From NCBI GenBank assembly GCA_046563655.1, contig CM102286.1, positions 1,984,001 to 2,048,000 on the forward strand: 64,000 nucleotides of DNA, in the 5' to 3' direction. This document shows positions 1 through 12,600 of this stretch, piece after piece. The first letter of the stretch is position 1. Each line of letters starts with the position of its first letter. Below the pieces are notes generated by a model, which saw nothing but the letters and a program-made list of their open reading frames with translations, searched no databases and was not told the origin of the DNA. Source of the DNA: Yuukianura sp. NJ FZ-2021 (lineage: Eukaryota). The position numbers were made by a program, and so were the translations under genes.

Positions 1-414
1 ATTACGATTAATTTTCCTATTAATTAAATGTTAAATCGTAACCCCCAGATAATGGATTAAAAGTAACGTGTACACCGCATAACTTACTGACCTCATTTGT
101 CGAAACTTTTGAACGATTTTGGCGGTAAAGTTCTTAGTTCATGATTGAATTTGAGGATTTGTTTTGATTGTTCTCTTCATTTGTTTCATTTTTTTTTAGA
201 AAATCAAACAAGTCGGTGAGTCAAGTCTCAAGTGGAGGACTGTTTCAATCGTACACGTTGAACACCACTGGAAAATCGTCGTCAAATAGCTCAACGAACG
301 CATCAATCTCTGTTTTTTGGGTAAGCCTACGCGACGGCCCGGCATTTTGTAAAATTACTTTCACGAGATGTCTACCGTTTTCAGTCTAACAACTTGTTTG
401 TCTTATTTTTCAGA

Positions 415-1384
415 ATGGACGGAAGAGAGAGCGATGACGATGACATTCCCCAACTTTCTGATGCAGCACTTGCAGCACTTCGGGAATTAAGCCTTTTAGC
501 AGAGTGCCAAACCATCACTGATCCAGATAGTATTTCTGAACTAAAAGGCGGTGGTCTTATAAGTCCATACGATACTGATATGGATAAAATGTTTCCAGAA
601 AATTGGGTAAGGAATTCGTAAGTCGCTTCCTCGAACAAATCTTTTAGCATTTAGCAATAATCACCGTTTAATTCGTTACAGCAAATGAGTCAATTCTGGT
701 ACGATGATGCCACGTCTGAAACTTTAGCAGAGGTTGTCGGGAGAGCCAGTGATTCATTTGAAAAGAAGGTTGCTTGCATCAGTTGTCCTTCTGTGTTTCG
801 GGCGATTGGTGACTGCTCAGAGTCCCAATCAGGTATAAGCTCAACTATAGATATTTACGCTCGGTTTGAACTGCTAACCTGTAATTCTCTCTCATTTTCA
901 GTGCATCTTTATGAATATGATCGTCGTTTTGCAAGATTTGGAGAGGCATACTTTTTCTATGACTACAATTTTCCTGAAGAAATTGGAGCAGACTACATAG
1001 GATTCTACGACATTGTCATTGCAGATCCGCCATTTCTGTCTGAAGAGTGTTTAGAAAAAGTATCGATCACGGTAAAGAAGATGCTCAAACCAGGAGGCAA
1101 AATCATCCTATGCACAGGTAATCGTTTCCGAATAACGTCAAAACACATAATCCATTTACATCAATCAACCTTAAGCTAAACCAAAGTCATATTTAGGAGC
1201 TGTAATGGAAGAAAAAGCTGCAGAATTCCTGGGATTACACAGAACGTCATTCATTCCAACCCATCAGAAGAACCTGGGCAACACTTTTGCCTGTTTTACC
1301 AATTTCCCGCTTGATCTGGAACAATCGACATCGACATGTGGATGTGAAAAAGTTGAATTGACTGACGATAATACTAAAAAATAG
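415..1384 (+). CDS. EEF1AKMT1: EEF1A lysine methyltransferase 1 (N6AMT2 family); 4 coding exons 415-606, 682-832, 902-1117, 1197-1384
   Basis: Spliced translation gives DDDIPQLS..., ENWQMSQFWYDD, IACISCPSV-like motif, YEYDRRF, FYDYN, DPPFLSEECL, ILCTGAVME, PTHQKNLGN; GT-AG introns keep the frame; TAG at 1382-1384. Confidence 0.92.
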
Positions 1385-3680
1385 TGGCATTGACTACGAA
1401 TAAATTGGCAACTGGAACATTTGAAGCTGTCGGAAGATCTGTTCTCGACCTTGTCCTTGGACAATGGTCAATTCGCTCATACGTGACCCACTAAACTTTT
1501 ATGTAATCCATTTCTATATTTCTTTTTACCCGATTTTCAGATCTGTCGAGTGCACTTTCATGCAGGTCCGTCGCTTATTGTATTGGTGCACTTCAAAGAA
1601 ATTGGTTTTCAAAGGACAAATCCCGCTTTTAGAAAAAAGTTGAGCCTAAATTCAAGGTTAAAAGCAGAGTTTCTATTCTAACCGGCGTTTTAGGCAACAC
1701 GGCTAAGCTTAACAAGAGATTTCGGTTTTTCGTGTTTTTTTTTAAAAACCTGATCTAAGCCTTGTTGTCTTTTTTAAAAAACGGGATTTCGGGTGACCAT
1801 GATTGATCGTGGACGGAATTGTTTGACGGATTAACTGTCACCTACCTTTCAATTTTGAGGTAAACTAAAACTGATCTCCTTTGTTCACACAAAGTTCGTC
1901 TTCCATCTAAAATCATGAACGTTTACTGTACCAAAGTGATTCGGAAATTGCATTTTTGCATAAGGTTTTTGCACTCTTTTTGATTTTGTGTTAGGTTAGG
2001 CGTCATCCACATCCCCCCTCACACCTAAACTTCGACGCCGCCAAAGAAGAGAATCTTTTGGCCTGGACTAAATCCTATGCCAACATCCCAACAAGCGTTC
2101 ACTCCAGTTTTGGCCCCGCAAGAAACAACACGATTTCGCAAATTCACTCATTTTTCAGTTTTTTTCCAAAAGTATCAATTGAATTTGACATTTTCCGTGT
2201 TTTTACTAAAAGAGCAAAGTCAAAGTCATAGATGTTCGAAAAACAGATTTTCAAACAGTAGTGTTTTGAAAAAAAGTTTTGGAAGAAGGAAAGCGTCTGA
2301 GAAATTTTGAGGCGTCGTAGGCGTCATCGCTGAACTTTCTTGGAATTTGTTTCTACAACGTTAAAAGTTACCTGCGAAAGCATCTAAGTTACTCCGCTTT
2401 ATTATTTACACTTGTTAATTAGTTTTGAGGTTTGCGTGGAAAGTTTGATTGCAAAATTAACACCTCCTCCTTCGTTGTAAAGCGTAGTGTTTAAACATTT
2501 TACTTCTGGACAAACAAGGTAACAAAAGCAAACATAATTTATTATGAAACTCAAACGTACTAAGAATTAGAATTTTAGAGTTGGTTTTTAGCGGAGTTTC
2601 ATAAGTGTAGGTTTTCAAAAATTTAAGAAACAGAAAAGTGATACTACTACACATCTTATTCATTTTTTGAAAAGTTTGAACTAACTTTTAAAGTTAGTTT
2701 TGAAATTTTGGAAGTTACTAATTACTGTATAACTTTCAAAATTTGAAAAGAAAAATTGCAACTTTGACTTCCCACTGACGCTGTATTGTTTTACCAAACT
2801 TTTTTTTTTACATTGTGCAGAAAAATGCCTGTTTTTTTCGAAATTTCAAAACTTGTGTGGATTCTACAACAAAAGCAGTTTTTGTTTTCCAACAGCCATT
2901 AAAACTAACGCAAACTTGCAGTTATCGCTTTCTTTCACACTAAAAATTAAAATTTGTTTTGATTTCCATTAACTTTCTCTTGGCTCGTGCTTTGCTCCCT
3001 TCCAGCCCACTCACTCAAAAAAAAAATTTTTTTTAATGTCTTTTTTTTTAACTTTTTAAACCTTTTTTTTTATAGACACCAACTTTAGCGTAAGCGTTAT
3101 AAATTGCTGTTTTCTGCAATGCGACCTTGACCCTCCCACCTTTTCACGTTTCCGGTTAGATCTTAATTGAAATCTGCAAAAATATTGCCAAAAGCGTGCA
3201 AAAATTGACGTTTAAGATTAGTTAAACTATTGCTAACAGGAAGATCTTAACAAGCAACCAGTTGAATGTCCATTACACACCTACTTTTCTAAGCATAACT
3301 TTAAGTTAGGTTTGTTAGTTTAGTTTGAGACTTGGATGGATGCGTGAATAATTCATGTCCACTTTATTTGTCTATTTCTAGGTCTCTCTGGAGACTCCAA
3401 AATGGATGGATGCGACTCAAAAGTGGTCGTAACGAACATAAGTGGTCCAATTACCCACAACACGAAACAAAACTAACATTTGCAAAAAAAAAACTTAATT
3501 ATTGCGAAGTTCCAAAGCAAAATAGTCGCGGACGAATTTTTTTGCAAATTGCAATTTGCAACTCCAAAAGTTTGACACTAGAGACATAACCTCCCTTTTC
3601 GAAATTTAATTTTCAAAATGGAGTCGTGACAACATGGAAACATTCAAGCCATGGCAGTAAATGTTCATCTGCTGAATCAA

Positions 3681-3753
3681 AAGCAGCGGTAAGATTTGAA
3701 AGTTGAATGTAAATATGTAAGCAGCGGTAAGATTTGAAAGTTGAATGTAAATA
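3681..3753. repeat. Tandem duplication, 35-bp identical unit with 38-bp period
   Basis: AAGCAGCGGTAAGATTTGAAAGTTGAATGTAAATA at 3681-3715 and 3719-3753. Confidence 0.9.
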
Positions 3754-6202
3754 AGTTCAAAAGCGCTAAGGTTCAAAATGTTGTTGAAACAAAAGGCTCT
3801 GCTTCGGAAATGCTCAAAACGTGATATGGAATGGACTAGAAATTAATTTTTGGATTTTGAAACATGACAAGGAGAACATTTTGGTTCAACTGTCGCCTTG
3901 TTGGCAAAAAATTGCGATCGTTTATGACGCAAACTGTTGCAAAAATTTTGCACCAAACTACATTCCGGCATGTAAGGTGGCATTTCGGAAAATTTTGGAA
4001 GTGCTAATTTCCATGCAGAAAATTTCCGAAATTCCTCGCCTGCAGAAAATTTTCGTTTTTTGCTTGTCTTTGTCACCCAAAGTGAAAATAACGACTGTGA
4101 AACACTTTTTCCTTTTCTTTTTAAAAAACAAGTTTTTCTAAACGGCTCATTTTAAATTCTACGAAAAAGCTGCGTCCTGTTCAGAACAAAACGGCTTCCG
4201 TAATTAATATTCTCTTTTAAGCTACACGAAAAGTACTCGACCTTTGGCCTGAAAAGCACAAAGGAAACTTCAAGTAGCTCTTTGTGCTTTTTGGTTTCAA
4301 GAGTTTTTCATTATTTAAGAAAATTAGTTTCAACATACTTTTTCAAAAAATGGCAGTAATTACATCTAATTTTGAAGTATTTACTACCAAATTAAAAAAT
4401 TCATTGACGTTCCAAAGAAAAACTGACGTTTTTCTCCTTCGCATTTTTACTGGCAACTCTTTTTTGGTACACTAAATTTTTTTTTGTCCCATTTTCGTTT
4501 TTTGCCTGATTGGAAATTTAAGAAAAATTGCACTTTTTTTCTCCAAAAAGTTTTCTTGTTGCAAAAAGACAAATTCCTGAAAGGAATTGAGATTTTTAGT
4601 TTTGCCAATATTTCATTGTGAGTGTTTTGATGAAGTTGTGTGGGTCGTGTTGACCAAAATTCCAAACAATTACATTCAAAATTACATTTCCTTAAAAGAG
4701 ACGTCACAAAAAGAGGCAGATATTGCACAATAGATGACAGCTTTAGTTGAATTATGAGTGTATATAGTACAGTGAGCTTAAATTTCCAAAATTTTCCCTT
4801 GGATAGTTCAATTGATCTTGAAAATTGAATAATTTTGGGTTTGACCTCTTCATTAGTCTAATTGTTTCAGAAGTTAAAGGTCACGCGTGTCAATGGATTC
4901 AAAAGTCAAAGTCAATGGAATGTAGAAAGCCTTGGAATGGAACAAATACAAATCATTTTGACGTCTCTCTCCTCTTGAAGCTTTAACTTTTGAAATGAAA
5001 ACTAAATTCAAATAGTTTCATAAAAAATCTCTTCTTCTTTTTTTTTTTTTTTTTACAAAACTTTAACTCAAAAGGTACAAAATCAGTAACGTGACGTTGT
5101 ACCTCTGAAAAATTACATGCCATTTACATTGATGGTTTGTTTTAAGTGCCGAAGCGAAGTAGTAAAGTTTTGTTTTTTACATAAAAAGACAAACTGCTAA
5201 CGGCCCCGCGGGCATACTTTCACTAAAACTGGAGCAAAGAAATTGAATTAGCGAGAAAAGTAAGTTTTTGGGAAAGTGACATGTTTGGTGTACTATTTTG
5301 AGGTCACGAATTAATTAAAGAGGAAGTGCAGGCTCCAATTTAGGTTGTTTGGTATGTCATTTGAAGTGACATTACGTAACTACGAGGTTAATAGAGTTAC
5401 AAACGTGCTTCACTTATTATTTATAATTAAGTAATCACAATTAAATTAAATGAGCTAATCAACCCACCACTGTCACACCCTAACACACCTAACTTTTCAA
5501 ATGACCTCTCAAAAAAGGCGGCAACAGCAACATCTATTCAAAAAATGCAATTAATAACACCGTTCATTCAAACAAAAAGTTTAGACTTTCATCGAAAAAA
5601 ATAACATTAAAAAATTAGTCGCGCTAAACTTTCCCACATCTTGTTCTTCAAAGTTGAAAAAATTTTTTTAGCTTGTTCAATATTTGAAAAGTTTTTCCTG
5701 GTTTAGAATTTGAAAAAATTGATAAGTTTGAGCAATTTTGGCCTCAAAATTACATTTTAGACATGAAATATTCGAGGAAGTGCGAAAACCTGTAACGTCT
5801 GGTTTGGAACACACAGACTATAAGTAGTGTGAAGCTTCCTTAAGTACATTTGACACCCTTTGCTGTCAGTTTAAGTGGTGAAAGTCAGAGGCAGTTAATT
5901 TGATAACCTCCGCGAAAGTGAAAGTCATATTGCTGCTGGATCGTTTGGTTTAGACACGAGCTAAGGTCAGAATCGGGGTCAAAGGCCCCATGTCTCAGCA
6001 AGGGTCCGGCACTTCAGGACCAAATTAACCCTAGTCAAAGGGCCATGAATCCCTTGGCCTCTTCTGAAAGGAATTTGATTTGAACTTTCCGCGCTTTTCC
6101 TAAAGTCATCTTATGGTCGTGGAATGTCACAAGTATTTGTTAATAAATAAGATTTGGAGACCACTGGATCATCCCATTAGCAGAGGAAAGCAAGATGACA
6201 GA

Positions 6203-6340
6203 AAGTGGGCCTTTATTAATTTCTTTTCCGCTAAATCACTTTTACCGTAAAACTCCAAATAATAACAATCAAAGTCGTTAAAGTGGACCATTATTATTTT
6301 CTTTTCCAATGAATGACTTTTACCGTAAAACTTCAAATAA
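6203..6340. repeat. Diverged tandem duplication, about 78-bp period
   Basis: AAGTGG...TTTCTTTTCC...CTTTTACCGTAAAACT(C/T)CAAATAA present at about 6203-6262 and 6281-6340. Confidence 0.7.
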
Positions 6341-6695
6341 GAGCATCCAAAGTTGTAAATTTCAAATAAGCTCACTTCAATTCAAACCCAAAACCGCACT
6401 TGCAGGAATTTTACTGTACTTTCACGAGTTTTATCTAAATTATTAAAGTTACTTTTTTTTCTACAAAATTTTTGCAAAAATTTTTCAAGTTAGGCTATTT
6501 TTAGTAAATTTTGGTGAAGTAGCCTGCGTTATGTCGAGTGCCCTTGATTCTTGAACAGAGTACTTGAGCTAATGCTAATGCTATGGAATGAATGGAAACG
6601 AGTTGAAAAGCTGTTTAGGAGCTCTGGAGTGATCTTGATAGAACTTTTGCGGTAACATTTGTGAACACTTAGAAACTTTTGTGCCTAGGTTGTCC

Positions 6696-9600
6696 ATGTA
6701 CTGCTCTCCAACTTGTAAATCTTCCAAGCCCAGCTCCATTTCCAAGAAACCGGGAAGCCGCGGGACTTTCGCCATCACTTTCTACTTTCTTTTGCTTTCT
6801 TCCCTTCCAAGTCCATCCTCTGGAGCCTCTCAGAAGCATCAAGATGTTGACAGAATCCAGCACTCCGGTGGCACTTTCCTCCGACCCTCAAATGCTTTCC
6901 AAACAGGTGATGTCATGCATCAAGGTTCCTTGACAACAAAGTTAATTTTCTTTAACAGTGTGGGTACTACATCGCTTGTTGCCAAAAAACCAAAAAAAAA
7001 AAATTGTACCAATAATTTAGTACCAGTCCAAGGATTTGGTACCAATTCGTAAAAGATACTTTTTGTTTTGCAAAATCGAAGAAACATAAGGTATTACCCA
7101 ACCTGGCAAAGAAAATCAAAATCAAATGTCAACAAACCTTGGTCATACATGGTCCAAATTTCAAATTTCCCGGAAAAATTATTTTCGAATTTCCACTTTT
7201 CTAGTTTCACTTGACCTCAACTTGAGTAGTTTTGTTTAAATTTTGTAGAAACTGGATTTATGACGTTACGGACAATGCCGACGCGCCGAAGCAGTGGCAA
7301 CTATTTTGGATCTCTGTTGTCCTCCTCCCTGGATGACCCGTTTCTAGGTGACGATGGACGTGGTGACCTTGACCCCGGAGCGGCCGATGACCTCCTAGCA
7401 GGTCCCCCCATTTGGACGGACACTGAAGGATTTTGTAGTTGTTGGAACTCCACTGATGGCGGTAAAGTTCGAGAAGTTGAGTGCAAATGTAATGGAACCA
7501 TGAACCAACTCATTACAACGCTACCATCCGATGTCCATCGAATGTAAGTAACATAAAAAATTAGAGTTTTTTGATTACTTTTCGTATATTGGGTAGGACG
7601 TGACCTGTGATGACCTTAAAATCCGAATGACCCACAAAAAACTAATTTTGGTTTAGCTATAAAAGGAAGCTAGAAATCAAATTAATTTTTACCTTTTCAT
7701 CAAACCTTACCGAGAAACTAAAAAAAAGGAAGGTGTCAAAAGACTAATCAAAGAAGTCTAATCAAAACCTAGTTAAAAAGAAGTTCTTTTTTTTTCAAGA
7801 AAAATATTAGATCGCGTCTCTAGTTATTGCCTCAGACGTTGAAAAAGTTTCCGAAAAAAAAAGCGCACGAACTTTCACTTTTATGGAACAAACTTTCACT
7901 TTTAGTAAAAGAGGGATGATATTGGTATTATTCTGGACGGAAGTCAATTGAATTGATTTTTTTGACATTTTGTCCACAGAAAAAAATTATTTTTCAAAAA
8001 TTCTATACTTTGAGTGACTTCACTTTTTTTTATATGTTTAAGTCGTCCAAATGGACTTAAGGACCCTGCGTCCTTATTCCTCATGGCCTAAAATCTCAGC
8101 TTACTTTTACTAAAGCTTTCTCTCTTGGGATAAAAAAAAAGCTTTTTGAAAAAAAAATATCTTTTTCTGTAGTTTTGTAAGTCAAAATTAACTCAATCTC
8201 TTACTATTCAATCTTGAAAAAAGTTCTTATGCAAAAACTGAGTATTTTTAGCCCATTTTAGACACTATGCTAGCCTATTTTAGACTATTTTGGTTTCATA
8301 GTACATCGCAATTCGCAAATGTGGAAGGTTTTATATAAAAATTTCTTTTCGTTTAAGTAATTCTTTTTTTGTTAATTTTTTAGTGTCATCAAAGACGGAC
8401 TGAATTTTACAATGCTGAAAAACGAAGACTTGAAGTCTTACCGTGAATCCTTGAGGGAACTGTAAGTGACTTTTTTGCGTAACAACTTTTTTGGTGTCAA
8501 GTTTTTTGAAAAAGTCAAAAAATATAGAGGGTTTTGGTGTAAATTTTTTAATTTTCAAACTCTTGTCATGTTCTCATTTCTTCGTTAAGTACAGAGTGCG
8601 TGACAAATTAGTCAAGTCAAGGCTTTTGTTTTAAAATTAAAATCCCACGAAGACTTTATTTTTAACAAAATTTCCTTTTAAAATTTAAAAAACTTCACCA
8701 AAATCGAAAGTGACTTTTCAGGAAAAATTGAAAGCGGCAGCATACTTGATTTTTAGAAGAAGAAAATGATTTGTGGTGAAAGTTTTTTTGTTTATGACTT
8801 TACGAGGTTATTGAATTTTTCATATTTTAAAAAAGTAGGTCAAAATTTGTTGTTATTTTTAAAAATTGAAAGTAACAGATGCCTAAAACCAATAAAACGT
8901 TTTTGTAAAAACGCTAGTTTTCAACAAAAATTTTGTTTTCGTTGAAAATCTGTTTGCTCAATAACTTTTACTTTCATTTTGTGCGTGTCAAAATTGAAAG
9001 CAAAAATAAAAAGGACAATGACTTCATATTTTTATAAATAAGAAAAACAATTTTTTTTTAGATCCCTCACAGATTTGCCGCACTTTCAGGGAATTAAGGA
9101 CGGAACTTTTAGTGGAATGCTAAATCTAGACACCATGTAAGTAATATTGACTTTCACTTTTGAAACTTTTGCACTATTTTTTCATTTTTTGTATTTCCCA
9201 CTTCTTCCACCCTTAAGAATGAGTTTCACAATTTCAACTTTAATACACGCACCAAACTTTAGTAACGCCTTAGGAAACTTTTTTGTTAAACAGAAACAGT
9301 CAAAACTTACTAAAACTTTTAAACTTTTTTAAACTGAATAATCTAGACAGGAAGCAGTCTTCACCATTCTTTGCAAATTGCAACTTTTTAACTTTTTCAC
9401 GCCTTTCTCTAAACTCGAGTTCAAAGTTCAAGTTTTTCAGTGCTTCTCAGTTAATTCAAGTCTTAAGTGTTTAACTTTAACGTTTACAACTCAACTAGCA
9501 TATTTATCATATAAAATTATACAAAATCTCCTAACATCCTCAAAATTTTTGTAAATTTTTGAAAATCTAATACTTTGCATTTCAATTTTTAGATACATTA

Positions 9601-12600
9601 TGGAAATGCCCGCACTCACAAATCTTTCAACAGGCGCCTTTACCGGGTTTCTGCCAAAATTAAAAACAATGTTAGTATTTAAAACTTCAAAATTCAAAAT
9701 TTCAAAGTTCAAAATTACTCTGACCTCATGTTGCCCTTTGACTTCAACTAAATCTTGGTAACAATTTCAGACGAATTTCCCATTCGGCTTTAACTGTCGT
9801 GCCAAATTTGAGTGGATTGAACACTTCACAGCATTTGGATCTTTTGTAAGTTCAAATAGAACCAATTTATTTTCTATATTGGTAGGTTTGTAAGAAAATC
9901 AAAGGCGTCATCGTGCCTTTTTCGGAAACTTGACTCAATTTCCGTTGTTCAATTCAAGAAATGTATGACATTAAAGAAAAAACTAGTATTTGGTGGTGAT
10001 GATACGTCTATTGTCAAATGTCACTTCGGCAACATAAAATGGCGGATGAGAGTCATAATCCAAGCGGAGGAGTTTATAGCACAACATGGATTACCGTAAA
10101 ACTTCTCATAAACGCCTAAATTTAACAAGCACCAATGTCCGTGAGCAAAGAAAATGCTTTTTCTACAACAGGTTGTCCAATAACTCGGGTATTTTGATTT
10201 AGTGTAAAAATTTTCGAAGATGAAACCGATTGAACTTCACCTCCATCTCTATGGCAATTTTTAACTTGTTTTTTTATTCCTATGCGATTTAGTGTTCAAA
10301 GTTTGAAAAACTAATTGAGGGGCTTAGACGAAGAAGGGCGTATATCGTTGCTACGGAAATTCTTTAGCAAATAAGTTTGTAAACAAGCAATTTTTGCAAT
10401 CGAAATCAACGCAAAAAAGTATCGAAAGTTAGAATTCACTTCGGAGATCATTAAAGACATTAACGATATTAGCTTTTACCAGGGTTGTGTGGTTTTTGTT
10501 TTTGTTTAAATTATAACCAAAAAATTGGTTTTTGCTTTAAATCAGGTTTTTTTATGATTAATTTTTATTATTATAGGCAAGGCAAATATATCCAAAAGTT
10601 GAATTTCAGCTGAATTTTTCAAAATTCCAATTCCTCAAAAAGTAAGTGTACAAGTGAATTTTTCAAAATTCTGTCACGTCAAAAAGTTGGAGAACAGGTG
10701 AATTTCTCACGAGACCAACATTTCGAGACGGTAGAGTACGCGTGAATTTTCGGCAAGGCAAATATATCCAAAAGTTGAATTTCAGCTGAATTTTTCAAAA
10801 TTCCAATTCCTCAAAAAGTAAGTGTACAAGTGAATTTTTCAAAATTCTGTCACGTCAAAAAGTTGGAGAACAGGTGAATTTCTCACGAGACCAACATTTC
10901 GAGACGGTAGAGTACGCGTGAATTTTACTGTGAACCGGACCTTGCTAAGTCCCTGGAAGAGAAAAATTTTTACTGTGAACCAGACCTTGCTAAGTCCCTT
11001 GAAGAGAAAAATTTTTACTGTGAACCAGACCTTGCTAAGTCCCTTGAAGAGAAAATTTTTTACTGTGAACCAGACCTTGCTAAGTCCCTTGAAGAGAAAA
11101 TTTTTTACTGTGAACCAGACCTTGCTAAGTCCCTTGAAGAGAAAAATTTTTACTGTGAACCAGACCTTGCTAAGTCCCTTGAAGAGAAAATTTTTTACTG
11201 TGAACCAGACCTTCCTAAGTCCCTTGAAGAGAAAATTTTTTACTGTGAACCAGACCTTGCTAAGTCCCTTGAAGAGAAAAATTTTTACTGTGAACCAGAC
11301 CTTCCTAAGTCCCTTGAAGAGAAAATTTTTTACTGTGAACCAGACCTTGCTAAGTCCCTTGAAGAGAAAAATTTTTACTGTGAACCAGACCTTGCTAAGT
11401 CCGTTGAAGAGAAAATTTTTTACTGTGAACCAGACCTTGCTAAGTCCGTTGAAGAGAAAAATTTTTACTGTGAACCAGACCTTGCTAAGTCCCTTGAAGA
11501 GAAAATTTTTTACTGTGAACCAGACCTTGCTAAGTCCCTTGAAGAGAAAAATTTTTACTGTGAACCAGACCTTGCTAAGTCCCTTGAAGAGAAAATTTTT
11601 TACTGTGAACCAGACCTTGCTAAGTCCCTTGAAGAGAAAAATTTTTACTGTGAACCAGACCTTGCTAAGTCCCTTGAAGAGAAAATTTTTACTGTGAACC
11701 AGACCTTGCTAAGTCCCTTGAAGAGAAAATTTTTTACTGTGAACCAGACCTTGCTAAGTCCCTTGAAGAGAAAATTTTTTACTGTGAACCAGACCTTGCT
11801 AAGTCCCTTGAAGAGAAAAATTTTTACTGTGAACCAGACCTTGCTAAGTCCCTTGAAGAGAAAATTTTTTACTGTGAACCAGACCTTCCTAAGTCCCTTG
11901 AAGAGAAAATTTTTTACTGTGAACCAGACCTTGCTAAGTCCCTTGAAGAGAAAAATTTTTACTGTGAACCAGACCTTGCTAAGTCCGTTGAAGAGAAAAT
12001 TTTTTACTGTGAACCAGACCTTGCTAAGTCCCTTGAAGAGAAAAAATTTTACTGTGAACCAGACCTTGCTAAGTCTCCAGAGTATGAAAAATTTTACTGT
12101 GAACCAGACCTTGCTAAGTCCCTTGAAGAGAAAATTTTTTACTGTGAACCAGACCTTGCTAAGTCCCTTGAAGAGAAAAATTTTTACTGTGAACCAGACC
12201 TTGCTAAGTCCCTTGAAGAGAAAAATTTTTACTGTGAACCAGACCTTGCTAAGTCCCTTGAAGAGAAAATTTTTTACTGTGAACCAGACCTTGCTAAGTC
12301 CCTTGAAGAGAAATTTTTTTACTGTGAACCAGACCTTGCTAAGTCCCTTGAAGAGAAAAATTTTTACTGTGAACCAGACCTTGCTAAGTCCCTTGAAGAG
12401 AAAAATTTTTACTGTGAACCAGACCTTGCTAAGTCCGTTGAAGAGAAAAATTTTTACTGTGAACCGGACCTTGCTAAGTCCCTTGAAGAGAAAAATTTTT
12501 ACTGTGAACCAGACCTTGCTAAGTCCGTTGAAGAGAAAAATTTTTACTGTGAACCGGACCTTGCTAAGTCCCTGGAAGAGAAACATTTTTACTGTGAACC

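Noticed and set aside
240..385. Minus-strand reading ...TEIDAFVELFDDDFPVVFNVYD*
   Set aside because: Short, no start or upstream exon found, and abuts the EEF1AKMT1 5' region; unsupported.
2000..6600. Short ORFs of 60-106 aa in AT-rich intergenic and intronic DNA (also 19250-28200)
   Set aside because: F/K/L-rich random translations without motifs; the real LRR exons in these regions were identified separately by splice sites and phase.
10161..10183. Himar1-like mariner end (ACAGGTTG...ATAA)
   Set aside because: Inverted similarity extends outside this motif, the left TA is not intact, and there is no transposase; kept only as an unclassified TIR element.
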